Below are positions 26,269-35,441 of a stretch of DNA of 64,000 bases, piece after piece. The notes beneath the pieces were generated by a model. That model ran no database searches, was not told the origin of the DNA, and saw nothing but the letters and a program-made list of their open reading frames with translations. The stretch spans positions 1,920 to 65,919 of the forward strand of contig JAHFEK010000008.1 in assembly GCA_023248495.1 (NCBI GenBank), in the 5' to 3' direction. Numbering within the stretch: the stretch's first letter is position 1; the number at the start of each line of letters is the position of its first letter. This stretch comes from Nitrospinales bacterium. Lineage in GTDB: Bacteria; Nitrospinota_A; UBA7883; JACRGQ01. A program made the translations under genes and the position numbers.

Positions 26269-29070
26269 ATGAAAAAACATTCGGTGAAGGGCTTATTTCT
26301 ACTAGCCGCCCTTTTGTTCATTGCCGCTTGTGGCGCCGGAGGCGTCTTCAGCAATGATCAATCGGGAACCGTAGCTACGGGCACGGGAACCGGCACGGGT
26401 ACCGGCACTGCTGTCAGCGTCAAAGCCACTCTTTCGGGATCTGCCTCCGGAACATTAACAAAGCCTACATCCAAGCCAGACAGTAGCGGCACAGGCACTT
26501 TTCATTCCCCAATGGCGGGCGGCACTATAAAAGTAATCAATTCAAAGGGAGTCGTAATTGGCACCGGGACAATTGCCGCCGATGGGAGTTACACCGTAGC
26601 CGTCGACAAGGGCTCCAACTATATTATTAAGGCCGTAAATGGCAACGTCTGCCTGAAATCGATTGTCGAAGTGGCAGATGGAGATAAGACCGTAACGGTA
26701 GACCCCACTTCTTCCGCCATCGTAAAAGTGTTGTCGAAAAAACTCGGCAAGGACAAGCTGGGTGATGAAGGGGAAGACGTTTCGAGTGTCGTTGGCTCTA
26801 CCGATGTTTCCGCCATTGTGGTGGCGATAAAAAATAGCGGGACGCTTAAGACCATTGCCGAGGCCATCCAGAATGATATTGCCGCCAACGCCGATTATTC
26901 TTCCACCACGGTTACTGTGGGCGTGGTTTCAACCGCGGGGAATGGCGATGCAAACACGCTGGCCATAACCATAACGATTACCATAACGATTGTGGTGAAT
27001 GGCCAGGCGGTAACAGCTCCGGGTGCGCCAACGGGTGTAACCGCCACCGCGGGCGATGGGCAGGCAGCGGTTAACTGGACGGCGGTAACGGGAGCCACCA
27101 GCTACAACTTGTATTATTCGACTACCTCTGGTGTTGCCGGGATAAAAATTAACGGGATAACGACAGGGACATCCTACACCTTGACCGGGTTAACCAATGG
27201 CGTGAAATATTACCTCACCGTTACCGCCTCTAAATCCGGGACGGAGAGCGTGGGATCAGCGCAAATAAGCGCGACGCCACTGGCAACGGCACCCGGAGCG
27301 CCAACGGGGGTTAACGCCGCCGCTGGCAGCGGACAAGTAACGATAAGCTGGACAGGGGCAAAGGGGGCCACCAGCTACAATGTCTATTACAGGACCACGT
27401 CAGGCGTCACTATTGCGAACGGCACAAAGGTCACGGGGGTAGCTTCCGGCGGCACGATCACCGGACTTGCCAATGGCACAACGTATTACTTCATTGTGAC
27501 GGCGGTGAACGTATCGGGTGAGATTGCGTCGAACGAGATAACCGCAACGCCGCAGGTGTTGGCGCCCGCCGCGCCAACTGGATTTTCCGTAACGGCGGGC
27601 GCCCCCTTTACTTTGCACTGGAATTGGGACCCCGGGGTAACCAGCTTTAATATCTACTACAAGGACACCCCGGGCGTAACGATCGCCACCGGCACGAAGG
27701 TTCCGGTGTACACTAACGGCGTCTCGCTTTATCTTCCGGGGACGACGCTCTATTTTGTCGTAACAGCGGTAACCGGCGGCGCGGAAAGCGCGGTGTCGAA
27801 TGAAATCTCAGCCACGCAACCGGCCAACGCGCCCTCTCTTGGCGCCAGTGGAGGAAACGGACAAATTGTCTTAAGCTGGAGCGCGATGCCCAATGCGGTC
27901 AGCTACAATCTGTATTGGAGAAACACGGCTGGCGTCAGGCCGGACCTCGGCACTAAAATCCCTGGCATCACCGGAACCACGTACACTCACACAGGCTTAA
28001 CCAACGGGAAAACATACTATTATATTCTGGAAGCGGTATTTTCGGCGGGAAACAGTTCCCCTTCCCAGGAAATTTCATGTTCCTTGCTGAATGGCTGGAT
28101 AACAAAAGCGCCGATGCTCAATATCCATCATGCTTTTGACGTCGTGTCTGTCAATGGCATCGTATACGTTCTAGGAGGATATACCGCCAACAGCCTTGTG
28201 ATGGATAATGTGGAAGCATACGAGCCCGCAACCGACATCTGGACCGCAAAAGCACCAATGCCAACCGCTAATGCGAATTTTGGGGTAGAGGTGGTTAACG
28301 GAATTATTTATGTGATTGGTGGTTGCGCCAACGGCTGTGGAACCATAACAAATGCCGTACATGCTTATGACCCGGCAACCAATACGTGGAACGCAAAGGC
28401 CCCCATGCCTACCGCGCGCCAGGGCCTCATAGTTTCTCAAGTTAATGGGCTTATCTACGCCATCGGCGGGATCGGCGCTAATAATGGCGCCGCTCAGGTT
28501 ATCGAGGTTTACAATCCCGCGGCCGATGTATGGTCGACAATAACGCCAACGGGGGCGTGGCATAATGTCGTTATGGGGCACGTTCTTTCGTCAGGCAACA
28601 AAATTTTTATAGGCGACGGCAATAGCGGAGACGTTGTGGTTTTTGACGCTTCAACAAATGCGATTTATCTTGTACCGCGGTTTGGCTCACTTCCCGTCGC
28701 ACCAGCCCTTTATTCGTCAGGTAATCAAATTTTCGCTCTGGCATCCGGTGGGGCTATAGCTCAACTTGATCAAGTAAATAAAACATGGATAGATTTGGTT
28801 ACCCCCCCGGTTCCGCGTGGCGGCATGGTTGCCGCCGTGTACAACAATTATTTTTATTCCATTGGGGGTTATACGAATGCGGCCCCCGGAGTAATGACAA
28901 CTACGGTTGAAGTATATGACCCGTACTTTAAGTTCTGGAGCGCAAAACCTTCTCTTTTGACATCAAGGCTCATCGAAAAAGCTCTGGTAATAAATGGCAT
29001 GATCTACACTTTCGGGGGCTATGACTACGTTGCCGCAACGTATGTGAAAACAGTTGAGGCCTATCAATAG
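26269..29070 (+). CDS. Large surface lipoprotein with about five FN3 domains and a C-terminal Kelch-type beta-propeller
   Basis: Lipobox LLFIAAC. Contains a (GT)n run and an ITITITITI run. FN3 units repeat the pattern (...SYN.YY...GLTNG..YY..VTA...). Kelch-like repeats follow (VNGIIYVIGG, VNGLIYAIGG, YFYSIGGY, INGMIYTFGGY). Confidence 0.75.
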   Translation: MKKHSVKGLFLLAALLFIAACGAGGVFSNDQSGTVATGTGTGTGTGTAVSVKATLSGSASGTLTKPTSKPDSSGTGTFHSPMAGGTIKVINSKGVVIGTGTIAADGSYTVAVDKGSNYIIKAVNGNVCLKSIVEVADGDKTVTVDPTSSAIVKVLSKKLGKDKLGDEGEDVSSVVGSTDVSAIVVAIKNSGTLKTIAEAIQNDIAANADYSSTTVTVGVVSTAGNGDANTLAITITITITIVVNGQAVTAPGAPTGVTATAGDGQAAVNWTAVTGATSYNLYYSTTSGVAGIKINGITTGTSYTLTGLTNGVKYYLTVTASKSGTESVGSAQISATPLATAPGAPTGVNAAAGSGQVTISWTGAKGATSYNVYYRTTSGVTIANGTKVTGVASGGTITGLANGTTYYFIVTAVNVSGEIASNEITATPQVLAPAAPTGFSVTAGAPFTLHWNWDPGVTSFNIYYKDTPGVTIATGTKVPVYTNGVSLYLPGTTLYFVVTAVTGGAESAVSNEISATQPANAPSLGASGGNGQIVLSWSAMPNAVSYNLYWRNTAGVRPDLGTKIPGITGTTYTHTGLTNGKTYYYILEAVFSAGNSSPSQEISCSLLNGWITKAPMLNIHHAFDVVSVNGIVYVLGGYTANSLVMDNVEAYEPATDIWTAKAPMPTANANFGVEVVNGIIYVIGGCANGCGTITNAVHAYDPATNTWNAKAPMPTARQGLIVSQVNGLIYAIGGIGANNGAAQVIEVYNPAADVWSTITPTGAWHNVVMGHVLSSGNKIFIGDGNSGDVVVFDASTNAIYLVPRFGSLPVAPALYSSGNQIFALASGGAIAQLDQVNKTWIDLVTPPVPRGGMVAAVYNNYFYSIGGYTNAAPGVMTTTVEVYDPYFKFWSAKPSLLTSRLIEKALVINGMIYTFGGYDYVAATYVKTVEAYQ

Positions 29071-29177
29071 CCTCACGAACGTGCTTCCACGGCAGTGAAA
29101 CACGGAATTGCGACCCTTATAAGGCCCTGCGGAACCCCGTGCGAACCTAACGAAGGGCAGTCACTGGTACTGCGCGG

Positions 29178-29678
29178 CTATTTTGCGCCGTATTCCTTTA
29201 GATTTAATTTTTGTAAAATGCCGTCGGCAAGTTTGGAAGCGGCGTTTCCGGGAAGTCTGGCGGAATCGCTATCCTTTTCTTCAACCTCGAATTCATATAG
29301 GGATTCCCCGGTTGAGCAGTCCGCTATTATGCCTTTTACCGTAACTTCGAATTTCCCTTTGTGATGGATAAGTGAATGTATTTTACTCTCAACTTTTATT
29401 GCGCGGCCGGTGCAACTGTCGGCGATGGTGATTTTGTTGAAAGATTTTTTTTCGAGGAGATTTTCCTTTAGGTGCTCGGTGGCCCGGGCGGCTATTGTTT
29501 TCGGAAGGGACGCGTATTTATCCTCTTCCACGATTGCGTTGTTCGCGTTAAATGGAATAATAACAACCGTGCCGTATTTGGAGAGGGGCTTGTCGGTGGC
29601 GGTTTTTGCGGTAAGCGTGGTGCTTACACACCCAGATGCCAATATGCCCGATAGAAACACCATGATAACCGCTCTCAT
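29178..29678 (-). CDS. Hypothetical lipoprotein
   Basis: 166 aa. Lipobox FLSGILASGC. Confidence 0.55.
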   Translation of the reverse strand: MRAVIMVFLSGILASGCVSTTLTAKTATDKPLSKYGTVVIIPFNANNAIVEEDKYASLPKTIAARATEHLKENLLEKKSFNKITIADSCTGRAIKVESKIHSLIHHKGKFEVTVKGIIADCSTGESLYEFEVEEKDSDSARLPGNAASKLADGILQKLNLKEYGAK

Positions 29679-29968
29679 TTAATCCTCCTTTTTTATTTGG
29701 CAGCGTTCATTTTAATTTGCCCTAACCACGCCCCCCCCGGTTACAAGGGATTTACATTTTTGCGATTTTATCATAATGCCTTTGCCATAACCCGCTGGCC
29801 GGAATAAACGACATACTTGCCGGAAAGGCGCTTATCGAGCGCCGCCTTTCTCCTTTTTGCGTGCCCTTTGAAGTCGCCGGTCAGTGAAAACCGGCCACTG
29901 ATGGTCACTTGAAAACCGGCCATTTTTAGGAAAGGTTTGCCAGAGTATCTCCAAAGAAGGAGATACGG

Positions 29969-30202
29969 ATGGCAAATTACCTGAAGATGGCTGAAATCGA
30001 GTCGATAAAAGGGCTGCTGAAGCCCGGCTGGTCGTTCCGGCGGATTGCGCGCGAGCTGAATATCCACCGCGAAACGGTTGGTCGGCACGCTAAGCAGGGG
30101 GCGGTGGCCGGTTTTGAAGTGACCGCCGGGGGCAATGAACTCCATGGATACGCACTCCGGGCAACATCTCGCGCAATTGAGATAATTTACTTGATAAATT
30201 GA
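29969..30202 (+). pseudogene. IS21-family transposase (IstA) N-terminal HTH fragment
   Basis: IESIKGLLKPGWSFRRIARELNIHRETVGRH resembles IstA N-termini. The ORF ends after 77 aa and no catalytic domain follows. Confidence 0.45.
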
Positions 30203-30225
30203 GTTATTTATGATAGCTTGCGCTC

Positions 30226-31407
30226 ATGTTTAAACGTGCAGCCTATTCCATTCTCATGAAGCGGTTTCATGAGCCGCGCCGGTTTATTCAAGTGATTGCC
30301 GGGCCGCGCCAAGTTGGAAAAACCACATTGGCAAAGCAGGCGATGGAAGCTCTGCCCGTCCCCTTCCACTATGCCTCCGCAGATGAGCCGATGCTTCGCG
30401 ATAACGTATGGCTTGAAGAGCAATGGGAGATTGGAAGGCTTAAAGCCAAGGATTCGGCCAAGGGATGCGTCCTTATTTTGGACGAAGTGCAAAAACTGCC
30501 GAACTGGCCGAATACCGTCAAATTCCTGTGGGATCAGGACAGCCGCAAAAAGGTCAATCTCAAAGCCGCCCTGTTAGGGTCTTCTTCCTTGCTCATCCAG
30601 GGGGGCCTTACGGAAAGCCTTGCGGGACGTTTCGAGATCGTGCCCCTTTCGCATTGGTCGTATGCGGAGATGCGAGAGGCGTTCGGCTTTTCGGTTGAAC
30701 AATACATCTATTTTGGTGGCTATCCCGGTGCCGCATCCCTTATCAATGACGAGAACCGGTGGCGGCGGTATATCTTGGACTCGCTCATTGAGACAACCAT
30801 TTCGAAGGATATTCTGTTCATGACGCGGGTGGACAAACCGGCCTTGTTGCGAAGGCTCTTCCAATTGGGATGCGACTATTCGGCGCAAATACTTTCGTAC
30901 CAGAAAATGATAGGCCAGCTTCACGATGCCGGGAATACCACCACGCTGGCGCATTATCTTGACCTTCTCGCTGGAGCGGGAATGCTGGCCGGACTGCAAA
31001 AATATTCCGGTAAAAAGGTGCGCCAAAGGGGCTCAAGTCCAAAACTGCTTGTCCTCAACACAGCCCTTATGTCCGCGTCCACCGGATTGACATTTGAAAC
31101 GGCCCGAAACGACCGCAACTATTGGGGGCGGCTGGTGGAAACCGCCGTTGGGGCGCACTTATACAATTCCTTGCTCGGTTATAATGGCAAACTCCAGTAT
31201 TGGCGCGAGGCGAACAAGGAAGTCGATTACGTTGTCTCCGGCAGCAAAAAAAACATCGCCATTGAGGTAAAAAGCGGGTCCCGAAAGGAAGCCCTTCCGG
31301 GAATGGATGCTTTCAACGAAGTTTACCCTTCCGCGAAAATGCTCCTGATCGGCGGGCAGGGGCTGTCAATCGAAGAAGCCCTGTCATCAGTATATTTACC
31401 GGAATAG
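30226..31407 (+). CDS. AAA+ ATPase with DUF4143 C-terminal domain
   Basis: Walker A GPRQVGKTT, Walker B ILDEVQKLPNW, ~390 aa architecture typical of the DUF4143 ATP-binding protein family. Confidence 0.75.
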   Translation: MFKRAAYSILMKRFHEPRRFIQVIAGPRQVGKTTLAKQAMEALPVPFHYASADEPMLRDNVWLEEQWEIGRLKAKDSAKGCVLILDEVQKLPNWPNTVKFLWDQDSRKKVNLKAALLGSSSLLIQGGLTESLAGRFEIVPLSHWSYAEMREAFGFSVEQYIYFGGYPGAASLINDENRWRRYILDSLIETTISKDILFMTRVDKPALLRRLFQLGCDYSAQILSYQKMIGQLHDAGNTTTLAHYLDLLAGAGMLAGLQKYSGKKVRQRGSSPKLLVLNTALMSASTGLTFETARNDRNYWGRLVETAVGAHLYNSLLGYNGKLQYWREANKEVDYVVSGSKKNIAIEVKSGSRKEALPGMDAFNEVYPSAKMLLIGGQGLSIEEALSSVYLPE

Positions 31408-31722
31408 ACTGGCGGCCGATACTTCGTACTCGACCGACAGGTATCGTCAATGCCGGTATTTTTCCAGTTCCATGGGGAGTGCCCGCCCCCCAAAGAGGGT
31501 AGAATCCCCGTTAGCATTTACATCGTCAGTGAGCGTCGTCGTGCGAAAGAACGGGGTGGCGAGTGAAGTTGGAAATTGATAGCGAAGCTGCCGGTAACCG
31601 GTCAATCAATGCATTGCTGGGGCAAAAACTCTTGAATCCCCCCTACTGTACACTTTTCCCATTATGCCTACCCAGAGCCTACCCCAAGGCGGATGTGGGG
31701 TAGGACGCCTTATTAACCTGTT

Positions 31723-31774
31723 AAAAAATGGAGCCGGTGCGGGGAATTGAACCCCGGGCCTACTGATTACGAAT
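31723..31774. repeat. 52-bp direct repeat (att, left): displaced 3' part of tRNA-Thr
   Basis: AAAAAATGGAGCCGGTGCGGGGAATTGAACCCCGGGCCTACTGATTACGAAT is identical to 39318..39369. Confidence 0.85.
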
Positions 31775-31904
31775 TATACCGCCATTGCATTTCCAAGCTT
31801 TTCCCAAAGGGGAGCCAATTAGCTATTCATTGACATAACCGCATGGTTACAGGGTATAATCCATGTATAAAGTTAGCGGGTTGTAGATGCTCTTTGATTC
31901 TTGC

Positions 31905-31934
31905 GGGGAACCATAGGGGAACCACGGGGAACCA
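31905..31934 (+). promoter_or_regulatory. Three direct GGGGAACCA repeats (10-11-nt phasing) upstream of int: candidate arm-type integrase sites
   Basis: Copies at 31905, 31916 and 31926. The 24-mer TTGCGGGGAACCATAGGGGAACCA recurs at 39256..39279. Confidence 0.45.
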
Positions 31935-31954
31935 GCTTGGGGGACTGAAATTAC

Positions 31955-33211
31955 ATGGCCGCGAAAAAAGAACACGAGTCGACCACGAAATTAAAAATCA
32001 CCAAGGACACGATTGATAAAAAATGCCCGTACACAGAGCGCGGGCGAGTGATCTACCGGGACACCGAGAAGCCCGGCTTCGGCTTACGGGTGGGAACAAA
32101 TATAAAAGCCTTCTTTGTTCAAAAAAAGATCGCGGGCAAGAAGGTGTTTTACACCCTTGGCATTTACCCGCAAATGACCCCCGATGACGCGCGGAAGCAA
32201 GCGGATATAAAACTGGGAGAAATGGCTAAGGGAACAAACCCTTTCGACAAGAAGCGGGAGGAAAAGGCCCATAAAACCACGCTTGAGGAAGTGTATCGTG
32301 ATTACTTGGAATCCAATTCCAACCTCAAGCCAAAGACCATCTATGACTATACCCGGTGTATTGAGCTTGCCTTCAAGGACTGGAAGCGTAAACCCATCAC
32401 TGAAATCACCAAGGACATGGTGGAGCGGCGGCACAAAAAGTTAGGAGATGAGCGCGGCGCGGCTTACGCGAACCTGTCTATGAGGGTATTGCGGGCATTG
32501 TTTAATTACGCGCAAAGCAAATATGAAACCGGCAAGGGGGAGGCCCTGATTCGTGATAACCCCGTGCGGCGGCTCTCACAGGTTAAGGCATGGTTTAAGA
32601 TAAACAGGCGGGATGATTACATCAAATCTGATAGCCTTCCCGACTTCTTCAAGGTGTTGGACGGCATTGTAAACGATACTTTGCGGGACTACTTCACGTT
32701 GATACTTTTCACCGGACTTCGGCGGGAAGAGGCCGCCCGGATGAAGTGGGGAGACGTGGATTTAAAGAATAAGACTTTCACCATAACCGAAACCAAGAAC
32801 CGTGAAAAACTTGTACTTCCTATCACGGCGCACCTTATGGAGATGTTTGGACGGCGCAAACAAACGGCGGGGAATGGTGAGTGGGTATTCCCCGGCAACG
32901 GGAAAGATGGACATATCACCGAGCCGAAATATCAGATCAACAAGATGCGTGAAGGTATCGGCTCTCATATCACCGTTCATGGCTTGCGGCGCACCTATGC
33001 CACGATTGCCGAATCTTTGGATATTTCACAGTACACCTTGAAACGACTTCTTAATCACAAGCAGGGATCGGATGTTACCGGCGGCTATGTCGTTTCTGAT
33101 CCCGAACGGCTAAGGCAGGCCGCCGAAATGATAGCGGCTCAAATTCTCTTGAAGGGCGGGAGAAGGGAAACCGGGAAGGTTATTCAAATGCCCCAAGGGA
33201 AAAGGGCATAA
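31955..33211 (+). CDS. int: Tyrosine recombinase/integrase (P4-type, N-terminal arm-binding domain)
   Basis: N-terminus YRDTEKPGFGLRVG...FYTLGIYPQMTPDDARKQA. Catalytic region FTGLRREEAARMKW...HGLRRTYATIA...LLNHK...GGY. Confidence 0.9.
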   Translation: MAAKKEHESTTKLKITKDTIDKKCPYTERGRVIYRDTEKPGFGLRVGTNIKAFFVQKKIAGKKVFYTLGIYPQMTPDDARKQADIKLGEMAKGTNPFDKKREEKAHKTTLEEVYRDYLESNSNLKPKTIYDYTRCIELAFKDWKRKPITEITKDMVERRHKKLGDERGAAYANLSMRVLRALFNYAQSKYETGKGEALIRDNPVRRLSQVKAWFKINRRDDYIKSDSLPDFFKVLDGIVNDTLRDYFTLILFTGLRREEAARMKWGDVDLKNKTFTITETKNREKLVLPITAHLMEMFGRRKQTAGNGEWVFPGNGKDGHITEPKYQINKMREGIGSHITVHGLRRTYATIAESLDISQYTLKRLLNHKQGSDVTGGYVVSDPERLRQAAEMIAAQILLKGGRRETGKVIQMPQGKRA

Positions 33212-33222
33212 AGGGGGAGCGG

Positions 33223-33771
33223 ATGAAAAGTAAAGAAAAAACGAAAAAGGCCGGAGTGCTTGTTACCGCCACGGTGGAGCGGCAAATATTCATGGTGCGC
33301 GGGCAAGCGGTGATGATGGATACGCACCTTGCGGAACTGTACGAAGTGGAAACGCGGTCATTGATTCAGGCTGTAACCCGCAATGCGGAACGGTTCCCCG
33401 CTGATTTTATGTTTCAGTTAAATAACAATGAGCATGAATCTTTGAGATCACAATTTGTGATGTCAAAGAAATCCGGGAGGGGTGGACGGCGGACATTGCC
33501 CTACGTTTTCACGGAGCAGGGGGTGGCGATGCTATCCAGCGTATTGCGAAGCGATAGGGCAATAAAGGTGAACATTGAAATAATGCGCGCCTTTATCAAA
33601 ATGCGCGATGTGCTGGCCGGGCATAAGGAACTTGCCCGCAAAGTGGATGAGCATGAACACCGCTTGAACGATCAGGATGAAGTGATTATTTCCATCGTGG
33701 AAGAAATGCGTAAACAGCGGACGGCTCTACCGCCCACCAAACCAAAACGGAAAATTGGATTCAGCAAATAG
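33223..33771 (+). CDS. ORF6N (KilA-N-related) domain DNA-binding protein
   Basis: IFMVRGQAVMMDTHLAELYEVETRSLIQAVTRNAERFPADFMFQL...PYVFTEQGVAMLSSVLRSDRAIKVNIEIMRAF is a characteristic ORF6N pattern. Confidence 0.8.
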   Translation: MKSKEKTKKAGVLVTATVERQIFMVRGQAVMMDTHLAELYEVETRSLIQAVTRNAERFPADFMFQLNNNEHESLRSQFVMSKKSGRGGRRTLPYVFTEQGVAMLSSVLRSDRAIKVNIEIMRAFIKMRDVLAGHKELARKVDEHEHRLNDQDEVIISIVEEMRKQRTALPPTKPKRKIGFSK

Positions 33772-33863
33772 TAAACGTGCCGGGCTAGGGTAGCTCCCGA
33801 ACGGCGGAAATCCTTGCCGCTTGCCCGGTGCAAAATATCAAGGAGCGCACAAGGAGGCGCGAA

Positions 33864-34859
33864 ATGGGAATCAATAAGACAGCCTATCTGAAATACCCTT
33901 CTTTTACTCTTCTTGAAACCGCGTACATCCTTTGCGGGAAAGACATCCCCGATAAATGCAGGGAGCAAGAGGCCCCGGCGGATGTCAATGCTGTTGTTTT
34001 AGGGTGGAGAAAATATCTTGTGTTTTATGAATATGCTTTCATTGAAATCGCAATGAAGAAACTGATGATTGATAAAAACCATCCAGAATTGGAAGAGATT
34101 TTTGCGAAGAAAAGACCAGAGAATGGTGTAGGTGCGGGAATTATGGGGGAAGTGGAGTGGAGAGAGAGTTTGGATTCCCTTTATAGGGTAGTAGACCGCC
34201 CTCTCGCCAAAGCATTTTTAATCCACTATCACGGTGCATGTCTGAGTCAAGAACTTGCAATAAAGGACAAATATGGGTGTTTGGATTTAGTAGATTTTGA
34301 TTTGAAGGTCTACGCAAGCCTTAAAAAAAAGGAGCAAAAAATTGACGCCCCCACCGCGCCATTCAACAAAGCAACACGGGAAGAATATTTTAAAGAGTTC
34401 CGCCTAGGGAATTATTTACGGACTAGTTTTAATGCCGAGTTGCCCGGCTCCATTTATGAAGCTCAAAGAGATGAAGATGGGTACTTGGAATTTGTTGATC
34501 TCTTTTTACGTCATGCGGAAATCCCCGGTAATGCTTTGAAAAGTATTATGAAGGAATTTCATCATTCAGGCTCTTTTATAGGAGCTGACTCCGCTGAAAT
34601 GTATGTCTATGAATCATCGACCGAGACGGAACCAAGAAGCGGTAGGCACCTTATAAACAACAGACGTCGCGAAAATGCCAAATTGGTAGCGTCTGCCTTT
34701 TGGGAAGCAAATCCGCAAATGACAATTGAAGACGTGATAAGAACAAACAGCATTAGCCGGGCTTGCGATAATGAAGCATACGGTGAACAAGTTATCAGGG
34801 GATGGATTAAAGACCTTTGTCCAAACCGCAAGCCGGGCCGCCGTCCCCAAAAGAAATAA
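33864..34859 (+). CDS. Hypothetical protein (331 aa), visibly AT-richer cargo gene
   Basis: ATG 33864 is preceded by an AGGAGG SD. No domain recognised. Composition is clearly AT-richer than the flanking element genes. Confidence 0.6.
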   Translation: MGINKTAYLKYPSFTLLETAYILCGKDIPDKCREQEAPADVNAVVLGWRKYLVFYEYAFIEIAMKKLMIDKNHPELEEIFAKKRPENGVGAGIMGEVEWRESLDSLYRVVDRPLAKAFLIHYHGACLSQELAIKDKYGCLDLVDFDLKVYASLKKKEQKIDAPTAPFNKATREEYFKEFRLGNYLRTSFNAELPGSIYEAQRDEDGYLEFVDLFLRHAEIPGNALKSIMKEFHHSGSFIGADSAEMYVYESSTETEPRSGRHLINNRRRENAKLVASAFWEANPQMTIEDVIRTNSISRACDNEAYGEQVIRGWIKDLCPNRKPGRRPQKK

Positions 34860-34981
34860 ACCCCCTCCTCACCCAAGAAAACTGTTTTCTTGCCTGAGAC
34901 GGGAATTTTGTTCCCGTTTTTCATGTTTTACCTTGACGGAAAGATTGGCAATAACGCCGAACAAAACCGAAAGGGCAGACA

Positions 34982-35200
34982 ATGAAAACAGCACTAGAAA
35001 ACGATCCCAAATTACCCCCTGAACAAGCGGCGGCGGAAATAGGCCGTCAACCTTCCACGTTGGCAAAATGGCGCGTTACCGGCGGCGGCCCTAAATTTAT
35101 CAAGAGCGGCGGGCGCATTCTGTATAGACGTTCTGATCTCGAAGCGTGGATGAATTCCCGAACATTCAATACAACTTCCGAATTCCACGGGGGCAAGTGA
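34982..35200 (+). CDS. AlpA/excisionase-type helix-turn-helix protein
   Basis: 72 aa. AAAEIGRQPSTLAKWRVTGGGPKFIKSGGRILYRRSDLEAWM is typical of AlpA/Xis (MerR-like HTH) proteins. Confidence 0.7.
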   Translation: MKTALENDPKLPPEQAAAEIGRQPSTLAKWRVTGGGPKFIKSGGRILYRRSDLEAWMNSRTFNTTSEFHGGK

Positions 35201-35273
35201 TGAACGCGGGCAAACGCGCCCCCGGCCTCTTGGCGGATGATCGGGGGATTAAGGAAATCAGGGAGGCCGGAAA

Positions 35274-35441
35274 ATGAGGAAGCACTTACCGGCCTTTAGG
35301 ATGATCGACAACCGGAGTATAGCACGATCCGCCCGCCGTGCCGCCGGTTATGCCGCTCAAAACAACCGGCCCCTCTTCTTGCGGGCATTGGCCGCCTACC
35401 GCCGCGCGGGCTGCCTTCTTCAGAGAAGGGGGAGCCGATGA
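35274..35441 (+). CDS. Possible 55-aa basic protein translationally coupled to rep
   Basis: ATG 35274. The stop overlaps the rep ATG (ATGA at 35438). Below the ORF-track cutoff; no homology recognised. Confidence 0.25.
   Translation: MRKHLPAFRMIDNRSIARSARRAAGYAAQNNRPLFLRALAAYRRAGCLLQRRGSR

Noticed and set aside
26380-26995. Short tandem repeats (GT and IT codon runs) considered as non-coding microsatellites or CRISPR-like repeats
   Set aside because: They lie in frame inside the FN3/Kelch lipoprotein ORF and encode dipeptide repeats.
29771-30145. 124-aa minus-strand ORF overlapping the IS21 HTH stub
   Set aside because: No recognisable motif. It spans the inverted-repeat region and the better-supported plus-strand IstA-like HTH, so it is probably fortuitous.
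31729-31774. Second tRNA-Thr gene
   Set aside because: Only the 3' ~46 nt of the tRNA are present, with no 5' acceptor or D arm. It is the displaced att half-site of the integrated element.
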